From the NCBI GenBank assembly GCA_965112155.1, contig OZ218108.1: 64,000 nucleotides of DNA; one strand, written 5' to 3'. Source of the stretch: Podarcis liolepis. Its lineage: Eukaryota. This document shows, piece after piece, positions 39,310-51,545 of this stretch. Below the pieces are notes generated by a model that ran no database searches, had not been told where the DNA came from, and saw only the letters and a list, made by a program, of their open reading frames with translations. Position 1 is the first letter of the stretch. Every line of letters begins with the position of its first letter. The position numbers were made by a program, and so were the translations under genes.

Positions 39310-39873
39310 TATATTACATATTGATTTAAACAAATACAATTTAGTCCCTTCTACGAAGTTTAAGTGAATTTTATGGGGAAATATCTACCTTTTTAATAGA
39401 CACTGGCACACTTAATATAACTGCTCAACACCAAAGGGTTGGTTGAAATCTATATATTTACTTCATTTCTAACTCACACAAACCTTGAGCAAAAGATGGT
39501 CAAACTTTTTCATCATAAAAAAGCCAGGAGTTCTTAAAACTACATAAAAAATGAAGCTAAAACTAAGTGAGATATACAAATAATACAATTATCACATCTT
39601 GGGGCACGAACATTCCTATTTTTAATAAAACTGGGTACACAATGTTTTGGAAACATTCAGGGTCAGACGTCTGAGGCAAGAGGGCTTCTGAAACAAAATG
39701 AAACCTTCAATCATGCCTCCCCAAACAACCTTGCTATTTTTATATAAGGCATCAATAGGATCAGATAATCAGCCATTCCTCCTTTAGTTTTCACAAGTAT
39801 GCATTTTTGTAAGACAAAACTGCATGGGAACTGTGTTACACAAGAAGTGTCTGTTCCTGACATAGCCATAGAG

Positions 39874-40009
39874 CAGGAATAGGCAAACTCGGCCCTCCAG
39901 ATGTTTTGGGATGACAATTCCTATCATCCCTAACCACTGGTCCTGTTAGCTAGGGATGGTGGGAGTTGTAGTCCCAAAACATCTGGAGGGCCAAGTTTGC
40001 CTATGTCTG
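39874..40009. mobile_element. Palindromic hAT MITE
   Basis: Long arms CAGGAATAGGCAAACTCGGCCCTCCAGATGTTTTGGGA / TCCCAAAACATCTGGAGGGCCAAGTTTGCCTATGTCTG; TSD CCATAGAG / CTATAGAG. Confidence 0.85.
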
Positions 40010-40017
40010 CTATAGAG

Positions 40018-40150
40018 TAAGGATGGAGAACCTCCCCCCAGATAGTACTGGATTTCTACTCCAATCATCCCTCACCATTGGCCATCCTGGCTGGGCTGCT
40101 GCAAGTTGGAGATCAACAGTATCTGGAGGGCCCATAGTTTCTCCATGCCA
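40018..40150. mobile_element. Older related hAT MITE abutting 39874-40009
   Basis: GGATGGAGAAC..CCAGAT..ATCATCCCT..ATCTGGAGGG..TTTCTCCAT; same architecture, more diverged. Confidence 0.65.
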
Positions 40151-40800
40151 GATTTAGACCTTCTCACTTGAGCTGTTTCTTTCTTGGTGACCTGTCTTCC
40201 TACAGTTTTTCAGCTGATCTGCCCCTGTGTCTGTTCTTTCTTTTTTTAAACAAGCTAACAAAAAAACCAAGATATGAAATGCAACCACACGTTTCAAGTA
40301 TCCTCTAGCTCTGCCCAAACTGGGCAATCTGATTTTCACTAGCTGAACTTTAACACGATACTAAACATAAATACAATACTAAAAGGTGAAAGCAAAGAAG
40401 TGAAAGCCATAAAAAAATGAAAACAACTAAAGTGTTCCAGTTTCCTCTTGATATTGTGTCATGTTATGTTGCTCAAAAGAAAGTTGAATATGTCTTTTAA
40501 AAGTAAGAAATGCATAGGCAGCCTTAGGTCTAGGATACTGTAAATCTCTGACCTACGGCCACTAATGTATTCTTTTGTGCATTTTCCCCTTGCTGATAGC
40601 ATGCATATTCCTTTAGCCTGGATAATTTTGTTAAATTGTGTTGATGAAGAAGTTGCCATTCACTAGTCACAGAAAGCAAATACCTAGCACTTCACATTCA
40701 TGAAACGTACAACTTGTTAATTGAGAATATGTTCTGACTTGTTTGCAGGGCAGTTTACTGATGTTGCAATCAAAAAGTGTTACTCCAGTGCATTTTCTTG

Positions 40801-40910
40801 TCATAGAATTGTAGAGTTGGAAGGGATCCTGAGCATCATCTAGTCTGACCCCCTGCAATGCAGGAATATGCAGCTGTCCCATACGGGGATCGAACCTGTA
40901 ACCTTGGCGT
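40801..40910 (-). mobile_element. Same tRNA-Ile-like/CR1-tail SINE family, 5'-truncated
   Basis: CATAGAATTGTAGAGTTGGAAGGG...CCTGCAATGCAGGAATATGCAGCTGTCCCATAC..GATCGAACCTG, homologous to 55140-55289. Confidence 0.75.
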
Positions 40911-41949
40911 CAATTTCTTTATTCTTAAAGTCTGATTTTTTGGGGAAGCAGGTTTGTTGCCAAGACTATAACCATCAACTATAACTTCACAACCTGAATG
41001 TGGCTGAACCCCACCCAAAAATAGCAGCCAAAGAGTGTCATGAGTTCATTTATTTTTTATGAATTGTACTCAGCGCTCCCCAACTTCAAACACATACTCC
41101 TGATTGTAGGTACAACGCCTCTGAACAGCCAAGTTGACAATAATTTGCCACAAACTGTCCAATTCTTAAACCAAACAACTTCCCCCTCTCCCAAAGTCCT
41201 GCCCTATATAAGAGGTATACTTTGAGGCTAGCCTGCCTTTTGATTTATTAATAAATAACATAGTTTTCTGTACTAGCTGTGTTAACTCAAAATTATCTCC
41301 AGAAAAGTGTCTTGTAGTCAAAAACGGCAAGATAATTGTAGGGATTTAATTTGCAATTCATACCTCTAGGGTATTTTTCACTTGCTAATATTTGGCTGAA
41401 AAACCATGACTCCAAAAATCACAATGAATCACTTGTAAATGAAAAAATAATAATAACAAGCCTTCAAGGAAGCTTCTTTTTTAAATTATTATTTCTCAAA
41501 CAGGAGTCCCCACCCCGAATATCATTATCACCAACCAACTTCTGAAACTGAGGAAGTTTCAAAAGTATTTCATGATCCAGCATGGGTTTGTTCCCCGTTT
41601 TTCCTATACATGACTTGACTAATAACTACATACAGCAACAACAAATTTTGTTTTTAGCAGTTACAAACCACCCAAAGTTTTCGGATACCGTCAGACGGCA
41701 ATGCAATAATGCATTACAAGCTAATAACTACAGGAACCCAACATGTTCTTGTTCTTTGATATTTTGCACTTGGGGTGGGGTTTGATATTTATTTATAATT
41801 CGATATTCAAGTTACACCCCGCTCTGAAGGGGCCCAAGTTTGGCCAACATCCCCTGAACGTCTAAAAAAAGCAATTGTCCTACACAAACCATAGAACAGG
41901 TCTAATCCAAAGAAAATGTACCTGTGGTTTAAAAAGTCGTCTCCATTTT

Positions 41950-43000
41950 GCGCCTGGTGCTGTTGTACTGATGTGAAAAAAGAGGGCGAGGGGAAATAAA
42001 AATAAATAAAAAGATTGGGGGGGAGCAAAGAGGCACCCCAGTGTGTTGCCCCACATAGCCAGGACAGGGAGGCCCGTCTGGGGAACCCGAGGAGGAGCCC
42101 CATTACCTGACACAGAGGCAGGAAAACCGAGTGACTAGGCCTCTTCCGAGGCCCAAAGGCAAGCAAGGCCCGCGTTTTCGAGGGAAACAGGCCTTCCTTC
42201 GGGCTCCTCTTGGGGACGCCCTTGTGGCCTCCGCCCGAAGAAACGCCCTCAGAGGGGAAACTCTACCGCCCGGCTCAGCGGCCTGTGGGCGAATAAGCGA
42301 CCCTGGGTGGCGGCTCGGCGTCTCCCTCAGACCCCGCGCGAGGCGGCGGCAGCAGGTGATCCTATTGGTCAAGATGCTCTCGGCCACCACCTGAGTCCCA
42401 GGTGCTTCCGCGGAAGCAGCGCGCAGGCAAGGGAGGGGAGAGCGCAGGAGGCGGAGATCTAATCCTAAAGCGATCCCTAAATCCCAAGGGCGATGCAAAA
42501 CTCAAATGATCCCAGGAAAGGAGGAAGAGATCCATAGGAGGCCCCTCATGAAATATGTGAGCCTCCCCCCCCAGAAAAATATGTTGATTCAAATAGTGTG
42601 CACGCGCCGCCTCTTGTGATCGATTACGCGGAGCGATTATCACCTCCCCCCATATTTGATGATGTGATTATTACCAGCCCCACCCCACCCCAAATATTTT
42701 ATTCAAGTTAGCACCCCTGAGCTGAAGAGATCGGTTCTATATCGGGAAGTTATCTGCCCTCCGAGGACCTGTTTTATTATGTGCCTCCTCCGCCGGACAG
42801 ATTTGCGCGCTGCTTGGAGAGACCGCACAGGATCGGGCTGCCCGTCTCGAGTTCTCGCAGCCAGGATCCGGACGTGCACACCGGTTAATCCGGGGCATCT
42901 GGATCTGAGCAGATGCGGGATTTAGACGAGTTCTCTCCAAATCCGTGCAGCTCACTCAAGAGAGGTTTTGGTGGGCACTGTTATGCATATCAAAATAAAT
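41950..43000. promoter_or_regulatory. Intronic CpG island in PRDM6 intron 2
   Basis: Abrupt switch from AT-rich, CpG-poor to GC/CpG-rich sequence at about 41950. Confidence 0.7.
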
Positions 43001-43485
43001 GTTGATGATTTGCAATGTAGAGGAGCCATTTTAACATAGGCAAGCCTTCCTATTTCAGGAAATTAAATCATTATGCTTAACGGAGGTGTGGGGGTGGATC
43101 CATTGCACGCTTGCCACGCCACTGCCTCCGTTTAAGTGTGTGCATATATACGGAACCATCTGGTGACTTTCTTACCTTAGTTGTTTTATGGGGGGGAGGG
43201 CAGGGAAATGAATGAGAAGAGACCACGATTCAAGCGGCTTTTGTGCGGAGCCATGTGATATGCTGGGGAAATGCGTGTGGATAGAGCGCGTGTGTATTTT
43301 GTGTGAGAGAGAGTGCATCTCGCCTCCTTCGATCGCGCGTATGAATGAATTAAATTTCGGTGTCAGGTATCAGAAGGTTAGGAGAATATTGTGTGTAGAT
43401 AAACCTTGCCACCCCCTTGGCCCTGGGGGAGCCCCATATACAATGTGCGGATGATGAATGGGCTTTGGGAGAGGAGATCGAAGCG

Positions 43486-43625
43486 NNNNNNNNNNNNNNN
43501 NNNNNNNNNNNNNNNNNNNNNNNNNNNNNNNNNNNNNNNNNNNNNNNNNNNNNNNNNNNNNNNNNNNNNNNNNNNNNNNNNNNNNNNNNNNNNNNNNNNN
43601 NNNNNNNNNNNNNNNNNNNNNNNNN
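43486..43625. other. Assembly gap (140 N)
   Basis: Run of N characters. Confidence 1.
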
Positions 43626-45599
43626 CACCACCTTTTCTAACCTCAATCTAATATATGGGCCGCGAGCTGCTCTCTTTAAGGGTGCTGCTGCTGCCGCCGG
43701 CGAAACGGATGATGGAAAGTAGCTAAATCAGAGGCGTTAGTAGCAATTGGGGGAAATGCGGATTTAAAACGTAAAAGGCAGGGGACGGTCCACATTTCGC
43801 AGAGCGTTGCTGCGGGCAAACGCTCCTGTCGTTCGATCCAGTAGGACGGACAATGCAACTGCTCTCTTGCATTAGTTTGACACGATTCAGAGCAGCTGGG
43901 GTCAGAAAGATCCCTTTCTTTGTTGTCGGCGTTTCAGTGCAAGGGAGGAAGAAGAGCCGCGCCACCTCCAGTTCCGAAAGCTGCAGCGCAAGGACATAAA
44001 ATACATGGATCTCTGTTGCGATCCTAAAGACCATGTCGCCTCAAACCCAAAACCACTGTATTCCATTCCGGATTAATTAATGCGGAGTAGGTTTCATCCT
44101 TTCTTCTGCACGTCACGATAATTAAAAATGAATTAAAAGCCCCGTTTCTTCCATAGGTAAGAATGGAAACATCTAAACATTTACCCCCTAAAGTGAATAG
44201 GAGCGAGGACATTTCAAAGACTTTGACGTCAAATCCCAACTGGAGTTATTTTATTTGAATGTCAGCCTTCAGTAAAAAAAAAAATCTGGCATATCACACA
44301 TGGCCAGAAAAAAGCTTTTTAGCCTCTTTTTGCGCCTCGTGTGAAGTTTGTTCATACAAGATAGAAGCTTAAAAAGAGTTTTCAAGTGGAAGGCGCATTC
44401 TGGCCAAGACAGATTTATTTGGCAGTCGCCTTTAAGACCAATACAAGCTTCAGGCGTGAAAACGCCCTAACTTGCTCAGGATCATGGGCGTGAATCTAGC
44501 CATTAAAATGCACAACTGCCGCTTTATTTAAGCAAAATCCCATTTGATTTCCAATCCTAATGAGTCAGACTGTGACAATTTATTAGCTAGAAATGTCTCC
44601 ACTTGAAACAATAACATAAATCACTTTTCCTTTTTTTCCCCTTAAAAAAATACCCTCAAACAGATCCTCTTTGAAAATTGACTCCTGGCTAGTACCTATT
44701 GAATAGTCTCTCAAATAATCTATATCTGTGATTGAGGAGCCCTAAATTAGTTAAAACCTACTCCCATTTACCTGGGAGTAAGTTCTACCGAACTCCGTGG
44801 AACTTACTTCTGAGTATGCATGATGGCGCTCTAACGAGGCAATACTTTGCACGTCTACTCAAAAGTAAGCCCCATTCAGTTCAGTGTTGTTTGGTCCCTC
44901 CCAGGATTGTTAAACCTCATCTACCCAAACAGAGCACACAGTGAAAAAGTAGAATATTTTGCTTTACATTTAGGCACGATATGAATTGAGAAAAATTAGC
45001 CATTCGTGGTACATATCGGAATGTCCACAGATATTCTCACACTGGGATCCTCATCATCTCTAGTTTATGACTTTTAAAACAGTACTATATAATAAAAGAT
45101 ATTCAGGTGAAACTAAGAGTCTTCTGCATTATTCCATTTGCAATTAGCATATGTCGATATTAATCATAATCATAGTCAAAGGTTGACGGAATCTGGTTAT
45201 GTGAGATACAATGCACAAGCTTTATGTCCCCGACACAAACCTCATTATCCTTTAAAATTATGGTACATATTCGGACCACAGGGCATCAGGACTGAACAAG
45301 GTTTACCAGTATCGAGTTAGGTGCCCCAGTTAAGCCAAACGACTTGGACCCAGTGAGGCTGAGTCTGCTATCCTTACTTGAAACCTTCAGTGGACAAGAG
45401 ACCCATCGAAATGTGTAAATGTGCTTCAGATAAGAGTGCAAAATCCAATAACCTGCCGTAGTTCGATTACAAGGGCAAACTCTGCATTTTTAATTTACTG
45501 GACTCTCCACTTTTTAAAGAATGTAAGAGAGTTTCTGGTCAATCAACATGAAATTAATGGGAGGCGAGGTCGGATAAATGGAGCTAAAATCAACTCCAA

Positions 45600-47000
45600 C
45601 AGGTTATCGTGTTCCGTACTCCCCACCGCCTACCCTTGCAGATCTGCTAAATATTTCTGGCGCAAAACTTCAGAATTTAGGGAACCCGCTCCAAAAACCA
45701 GCGCGCTTTCACAAGATGAGGGCTGAGAGCTCGATTTAGTGTGGAATGCGTCACTTGTGCATGCTGTTACGGCGGGCACGTCGCGTGTACAGCTAGCCAA
45801 TGGGCACATTCAAAACGGGAGGCGCGCGAAATTGCAAAGCAAAACCAACTCTCCACAACCAGCAGCCTGTGAAAAAACTCCAAAGACGCATTAATGTGGG
45901 CTGGACTACCGTTCTGTGAGTCTCGATAGCCTCTGCTGCAGTCATCCCTGGCCCAACAACTGCTTCCATAGCCCAGCGATCTCCGCTGCAAATCAAAACT
46001 AGTCCCAAACCAAAGACACTCCACCACTCTCTGGCCAAGGATCTTCACCTTCCCGTGCCGAAAACCCCTTTATCTTTTGACCGTCCCCATATCTTCTGAA
46101 AAGGATCCTCCTCTCCTTATTTGTGAACTCTGGAAAGGCACCACTTCTGATCTCCGACAGAAACGAGAAATGCCAGACCACGAGACGCGTGGGAAGGGGG
46201 TTTTGTGGCACATTCGGGGAATGGGGGGGAGAGGAGAAACAGACGGGCTCACTAACAACGGGCTCGATCCACCACCCCTCGACACAGCCCCGAGCCCTTG
46301 GTTGTGCGTTTGAAACTAGGAAGGATCTCAGTTCGGAGCTGCTTCCAAAGAAATCGGAACGGGCTCATAATTAAGGATGAGTAAGGAGGGATCAGCGCAT
46401 TGGGATCTGGATTAGGGAGCGGATTGTGGAGCAGATTGGGAGCCCAGCCTAGGACTAGGCGCGCTCCAGTTCCCTGGCACGCCCAGGGCTTGAACCCGCG
46501 CGGAGCTGCGTTCGCCAGCAAATCCGACGGTTCCTCGCCGCGTCGCGATCCCGCGTGGACCACGTGGAGTATTTCACATCAAGCATCACTGGCCTTTCCA
46601 AAGCTCTTTCTCTAAGTGCTGGCGAGGGAAGCACGAATTGGCTCAGCAGCCCTGCACTTTCTGAGGTCACCCTTTGTTTTACCTTTCCTGCTCTCTTGCA
46701 AGCCCTTTATCTTCTAGATTTACCGAGCTCTGTCTCTGAAAAGTAAGCCGCGTACTGTAGGCCATTAAAAGCGCGTTTCAGAGCCCATTAATTTATGAGT
46801 CTGTAATTTATGGGAGCAGATTTTCTCTCTCTCTCTCCGCCCGAGAAAACACGGGCTACGTCGCCTCTGGAGGCAAACGATGCGCTGAAATGCTCAGGTT
46901 TCCCACAGCCCATGGTCGGGATCGCGAAACCTTTGCGCTTTGCGACACCGGCGCGAACCGAAAACCCACTTTGCTGTTAAAACGTCACATTTAATGCACA
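45600..47000. promoter_or_regulatory. Second intronic CpG-rich block in intron 2
   Basis: Dense CpG (e.g. 46450-46570) plus a TAAT/TTTATG cluster at 46760-46815. Confidence 0.6.
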
Positions 47001-47018
47001 TTTAATGTGCAAGGTTCC

Positions 47019-47290
47019 GGCTGCAATCCTAAACACGCTTGCAACTGGAGAGTAAGGCCCATTGAACCCCATGGGACTCACATCTGGGGAAACATGCATA
47101 TAGGATTGCGCTGTAAGGCTGCAATCCTGTACCCGCTAGATCTTGGTAGCACCGTTTATGGTTCCTGGGACCGAGTAAACAGGAGGATATTGATGCAGGG
47201 CTCTGGTCCTATGAATACTTACCTGGGCTTAATCCGCACTGAAACCAGTGGGGCTTACTTCCGAGTAAAAGTGCATCGTAAATTCAGTGC
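47019..47290. repeat. Tandem array of about 90-bp foldback (Harbinger-MITE-like) units
   Basis: GGCTGCAATCCT..AGGATTGCGCTG-TAA-GGCTGCAATCCT..; family core AGTAAG.CCCA.TGAA..CA.TGGG.CTTACT. Confidence 0.65.
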
Positions 47291-48835
47291 GCCTTTTTGC
47301 TAAGGAACTGTGTGTTTCGTGACATTGTTTCAATTAAAAAGAACCACCCGCGTTACCGTTAGCACTGGGAAGTTTCCTCAACTCGTTGGAAAAAATATAT
47401 ACAAACTTTCTAAGTTACCGGTACATTGAAATTGCGTTTTTCCTGCTCCATGCACTGACCAGTTAAACTGGACTATTTATTTTTAAACCGATTTCCATCC
47501 CATTTACGTCCAGGTTCAGCAAGGTTTAGAATGCAAGCACTTTCTGTTTAAACAAGTTGCGGGCTTCTTTTCGCCAGTCCTTGCAAAGTCTCTGAGCTTG
47601 CATCTTTCAGCCCAGAGCACATTTACTCCAAATCTCCTCGTTTTGATAGCATTTGTTTTCATACAAATATTGTGAGGATCGGTTGTAAAGTCATCCAAGT
47701 GCAAATATTGTTTAACCGTAGTTCGTGAAACTACAAAAATACTTAAAAAAACAAACCCGTATTTCAACAGGAGAAATAGTGTTTAAAAGCTACGCATGTG
47801 CCATTGATAAGGTTGATTGCTCCTAACTATGCCAATAATAATACATAATGTTATGTATTATGAAAAGATTTTAAGCAATTCCAAAGGCGTACAAGTAAAG
47901 GAACATGCTGTAATTGAGAAAAGGGTATTTGGTCAAATCCACACTTCAAAAAAGAAACGTAACAGGGCAGTCCTTGGTGTGTCTACTCAAAAGTAAGCCC
48001 TACTCCGTTTAAACTTACACCAGGGTAAGTGTGCATGGGGTTGCAGTTTAAATCTCACGAAGGGGGGCTTTTCGACTCCCCGGTTTTGTTTTGTTTTAAG
48101 GTCAATGTGGCGGTCTCAGTAATTCTGAAATCCCCCATAGCATATTGGTTTTGACACCCAATTAGGCTTTTGACATTTATACTTTTGAAAACAAACTTCC
48201 TATGGAACGAACGTGCCTCGCCTTTGACGCTAAGAAGGCAAACCCAGCTGCGTTGTGCTACTGGCAGGAACAAGGGCCGAAGGGAAAAGGATACAGTATT
48301 TTTAAAGGAGAAAAAAATAGCAGTTCCCTTATAAATAGCAAAACTTTTGTTTGTTTGTTCTCAATGTAGAAAAAACATCTTCCACACATTTTAGCTTTCC
48401 ATACAATATTTAAATAAAACATATTCATTTTTTAAAACAACAACAACCACCCTATTTTCAGCAAAGTTCTAGAAAGCATTTGGTATGCAGCCGGTCACTC
48501 TCCAGTCCTGCTATAGCGCTTCAGACGACCAGAAAGTCCTGCCTTGGCAATGCCCCGTTGTTGGGAGTGGGACTTATTTCGGAGTATGTGCTCTTGAGAC
48601 TTTGGGGGAAGTTACAAAGTTTCCCAGCGATCATTTAGGGGCATTCTGCAAGGAGGAGGCGTCTAAAGGCCGCAGCTTGAAGTGTTTTATTTAGTTCCAA
48701 GTAGTAAGTCTAGGAGCGTCTGCGTGTGCTGGATGACCAATTCTGCTTGGGGTGCCCTTAATTTAGGCTGCAATCTCATGCACGCAAAATCTCTGGGACT
48801 AAGCCCCACTACAGGGCTTAGTTTTGAGTCAAGGG

Positions 48836-48985
48836 CTTATTTATTTATTTTTTATTATTATTATTATTCGTACCACGCCCATCTGACTGGGTTGCCCCAG
48901 CCACTCTGGGCGGCTTCCAGCACACATAAAAACATAATAAAACATTGCACATTAAAAACTTCCCTATAGGGCTGCCTTCTAAAGG
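48836..48985 (-). mobile_element. L2 LINE 3' end
   Basis: (TAA)n/(AATA)n tail and TACCACGCCCATCTGACTGGG..CCAGCCACTCTGGGCGGC stem region; similar architecture to 11318-11480. Confidence 0.75.
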
Positions 48986-49171
48986 TTATATGGTTACTCA
49001 TCATATTGACGTAAGCTCCTTCTTCCATAAGCTCTCTTGACTTCAGTAACTCTCTCACTTTTGAGAGCGGGTCCTTTCTCTCCCCGCCCCGCCCCCCATT
49101 TGCACCCCAAACTTTCGCCAAAGTGGCTGTGCCTTGCCGCGCGTCGGGAAGGTTGGGTGGGGAGTACATAC

Positions 49172-49727
49172 GGTTGTTGGGGTCCCCGGTGTGCTGGTTG
49201 AGCGGGATGATCTCCATGCGCTGCTGCCCATACAGGTAATAGTCCAACTCCTCGGCGGTGCAGCGAAACCGGGCCGGCGCCCTCTCGCCGCCCTTGGCCA
49301 CCCCGCTGCCTCCTCCGCCCAGGTCCTTGGTCTGCAGGAGGGCGACCGGGGCTCCCGTCGGGGACTCGGAGCTCTGAATCGGTCCAAAGACGGGGATCTG
49401 CGCCACCGGCAGCGCAGTCAAGCTGGCCAGGGAAGCGACGGCGCACGAAGACGGCGCGGACGACGGTGTGGAGGAGGAGGAGGAAGACGACGAAGAGGAG
49501 GACAAGGAAGAGGACGAGGACGCCGCCGACGAGAGAGAGGCCGGCAGCGGGCGGAGGCTGTCAGCCTGGGGCTCGACGGCTCTCTCGGGCGCCTGGAGGT
49601 GACCTAGCAGCCCGGCGCCGCCTTTGAGCTGCTGGCTGCTGTGCGGGAACAGCTGCTGCCAGTGCTGGAGGTACGCGGGATCCACCTTGAGGAAAGCCGA
49701 TCCGCCGGGATCGCCGGGCTTCAGCAT
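49172..49727 (-). CDS. PRDM6: PRDM6 first coding exon (exon 2), 185 codons + 1 nt, phase 1
   Basis: Translation [29 protein letters not shown]...[33 protein letters not shown] matches the recalled PRDM6 N-terminus. Donor ACC|GTATGT with GT at 49171-49170. Upstream acceptor CAG (49740-49738) follows a long polypyrimidine tract and leaves 10 nt of 5'UTR (49737-49728). Confidence 0.96.
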
Positions 49728-50284
49728 CTCTGCGAGCCTGGAGGAGAGGAAGGAGGAGAGGGAGAGGGGAGAGAAAGAGCCGTGAGAGGCGCCGTCGGGA
49801 CTTTGCGCTCCGCAAGGCGTCCGGCGGCGAGGGGCTCAGAGTCTGAAGGATGCTACTCCCGACGGACTTCGACCCTCTCGGCAGCCGCTCCGATAGGGAG
49901 AGGAGGCGCATTTGGTGCCCGCCAACGGCTCAACGTCTGCCGCGATCCTGAGTTTCAGGGGGGGTGGGAGGGGAGGAAAGCGACCCCGGGGCACCCACTC
50001 TTGCCAGGGATCTGGCCTCCCCATCCCCAAATTGCTCCCAGGCGAGTAACATTCTGGATCGCGTTTGAGCTACCCACCTCCTTCCGCCGCCCCACCCCGG
50101 ACCGTCCCATCCTGCCAAGTTCTGGGGCAAGGGAAGTCCAGGGACCGAAGATCGCAAAGCGAAAGGGGGAGCGCGCCGCCAGCAAAACGCGCCAGGCCAC
50201 TTTTCTCCCTAGCGTCCCGGAGAGAAGTTGGCGCGCGGCGAGGCAACTTGAGCAGGAGGCGAAGGAGCCCGCCAGATCTCTTAC

Positions 50285-50760
50285 CCTGATCCCCCAGCCA
50301 TCTATAATCCCGCCCGCCTCTCTTTTACCTGGATCTCTTTGTGGGCTACCCGGATCTGAAGGCGCGCAGGGCTCTTCTCTCCCGGAGGAGATCCAGGGTC
50401 GTTGAGGGGAAGGAAAGTGGGGGCGGTGGGGAAGGGGGGCTGGAGAGATGATGTTCCCGAAAAGCTCCGCTCAAGCAGCGGGAGAGGCGCCCGAGCGGGG
50501 TTCGGACGGCGGGGACGTGGGGAGGCTGTCCCGCGTGGAGATCTCCGGCGTCTTCCTCGCTGGCTCTCGCCGCGGCGCTCTACGGCAGGAGCGGCGGGGC
50601 TCCGCTGCGCTCGGCGCTCTGGCAGCCTCCGGGCGAGACACGTGGGTTTTACGACAGCACTAAACACAAGCGTGTGAGGGAGCAAGGAGGGAGAGGGAGG
50701 AGAGGGAGGGGGAAAGAGCGGCGGATCGGAGCGCTGCTTAAACTCGCAACACAACCCCCA
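50285..50760 (-). other. PRDM6: Candidate non-coding exon 1 / TSS region of PRDM6 (5' limit uncertain)
   Basis: The acceptor at 49738 requires an upstream exon. Minus-strand donors AGG|GTAAGA (GT 50284-50283) and CAG|GTAAAA (GT 50328-50327) lie in the CpG-dense region about 550-590 nt upstream. Confidence 0.5.
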
Positions 50761-51481
50761 CCCTCCCCGCCGCGCGCAACCTCGCGTAGGTTAAGTTCAG
50801 AGCAGCCTGGTTCTTGAACAGGGCGAGAAGGCTGCGGCTGCTGCTGCTTCCGTCGTTTGCCAGACGGCTGGAGGGAAGGGGGGGAATCTGCGTTAGGGGC
50901 AGGGTTGGGGTCATTGGTAGACTTCTGGGTTCCGGAAGAGGGTGAAACGTCCCCAGGAGCCAACTGCTAGGGGTCGAGGTCCCTCCGCCCCCTATTTGAG
51001 GGGGTGGTCCGTCCCCCCCAGTGGATGGCCAGTGTCCATTCAAATGGTGTGCCGTGTCTTGTGATCGATTATGTGGGGCGCGACTTCTTTGCCCCTCCCT
51101 CCGTATTTGATTCAAGTTGGCACTCCTGAAAGTCTGCCCCTTCCCAGAGCCCAGGCTCCACCGAGCAAAACGCTTCGGAGTCCCCCCCAGCCCCACCCCA
51201 CCGATCGGCCTTGCTGGGTTCAGGACGTCACGTCGGCTCAGAGATATTCCAGTACTTAACCTGAGGCAGTGGTGTAGCGTGGGGGGTGCAGGGGGAGCCG
51301 AATAAAACCATTGGCTCATAACTTTCCCCTTGTTGGAAACAGGGTCCTCTTTCAAAGCCAAACCGCTTTGTAGCCTTTTTTTTGCGATTCACAAGCCACT
51401 TGGGTCGGTGCCAGGAGAACGTGCACCGAGCCGCTTCAAGACCTAAGGAAGCGCCTTGTGGATTCCATCATTATGTCGACG

Positions 51482-51545
51482 TTGCAGGTGGTTGGACTAG
51501 ATGATCCTCAAAGTCCCTTCCAACTCTGAAATTCTGTTATTCTAT
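51482..51545 (+). mobile_element. CR1 / CR1-SINE 3' end
   Basis: GGTTGGACTAGATGATCCTC..GTCCCTTCCAACTCTGAAATTCTGTTATTCTAT. Confidence 0.7.

Noticed and set aside
43350-43722. ORFs spanning poly-X
   Set aside because: Artefacts of the 140-N assembly gap.
48864-49727. 287-aa ORF as a complete single-exon gene
   Set aside because: PRDM6 similarity ends at the GT donor (49171) and resumes in frame in exon 3; the extension is intron and L2 sequence. Kept only as an isoform hypothesis.
49134-51361. Long overlapping ORFs (254, 207, 157, 150 aa) around the promoter
   Set aside because: Stop-poor GC-rich CpG island; Arg/Pro/Gly/Ala-biased translations with no recognisable domain.
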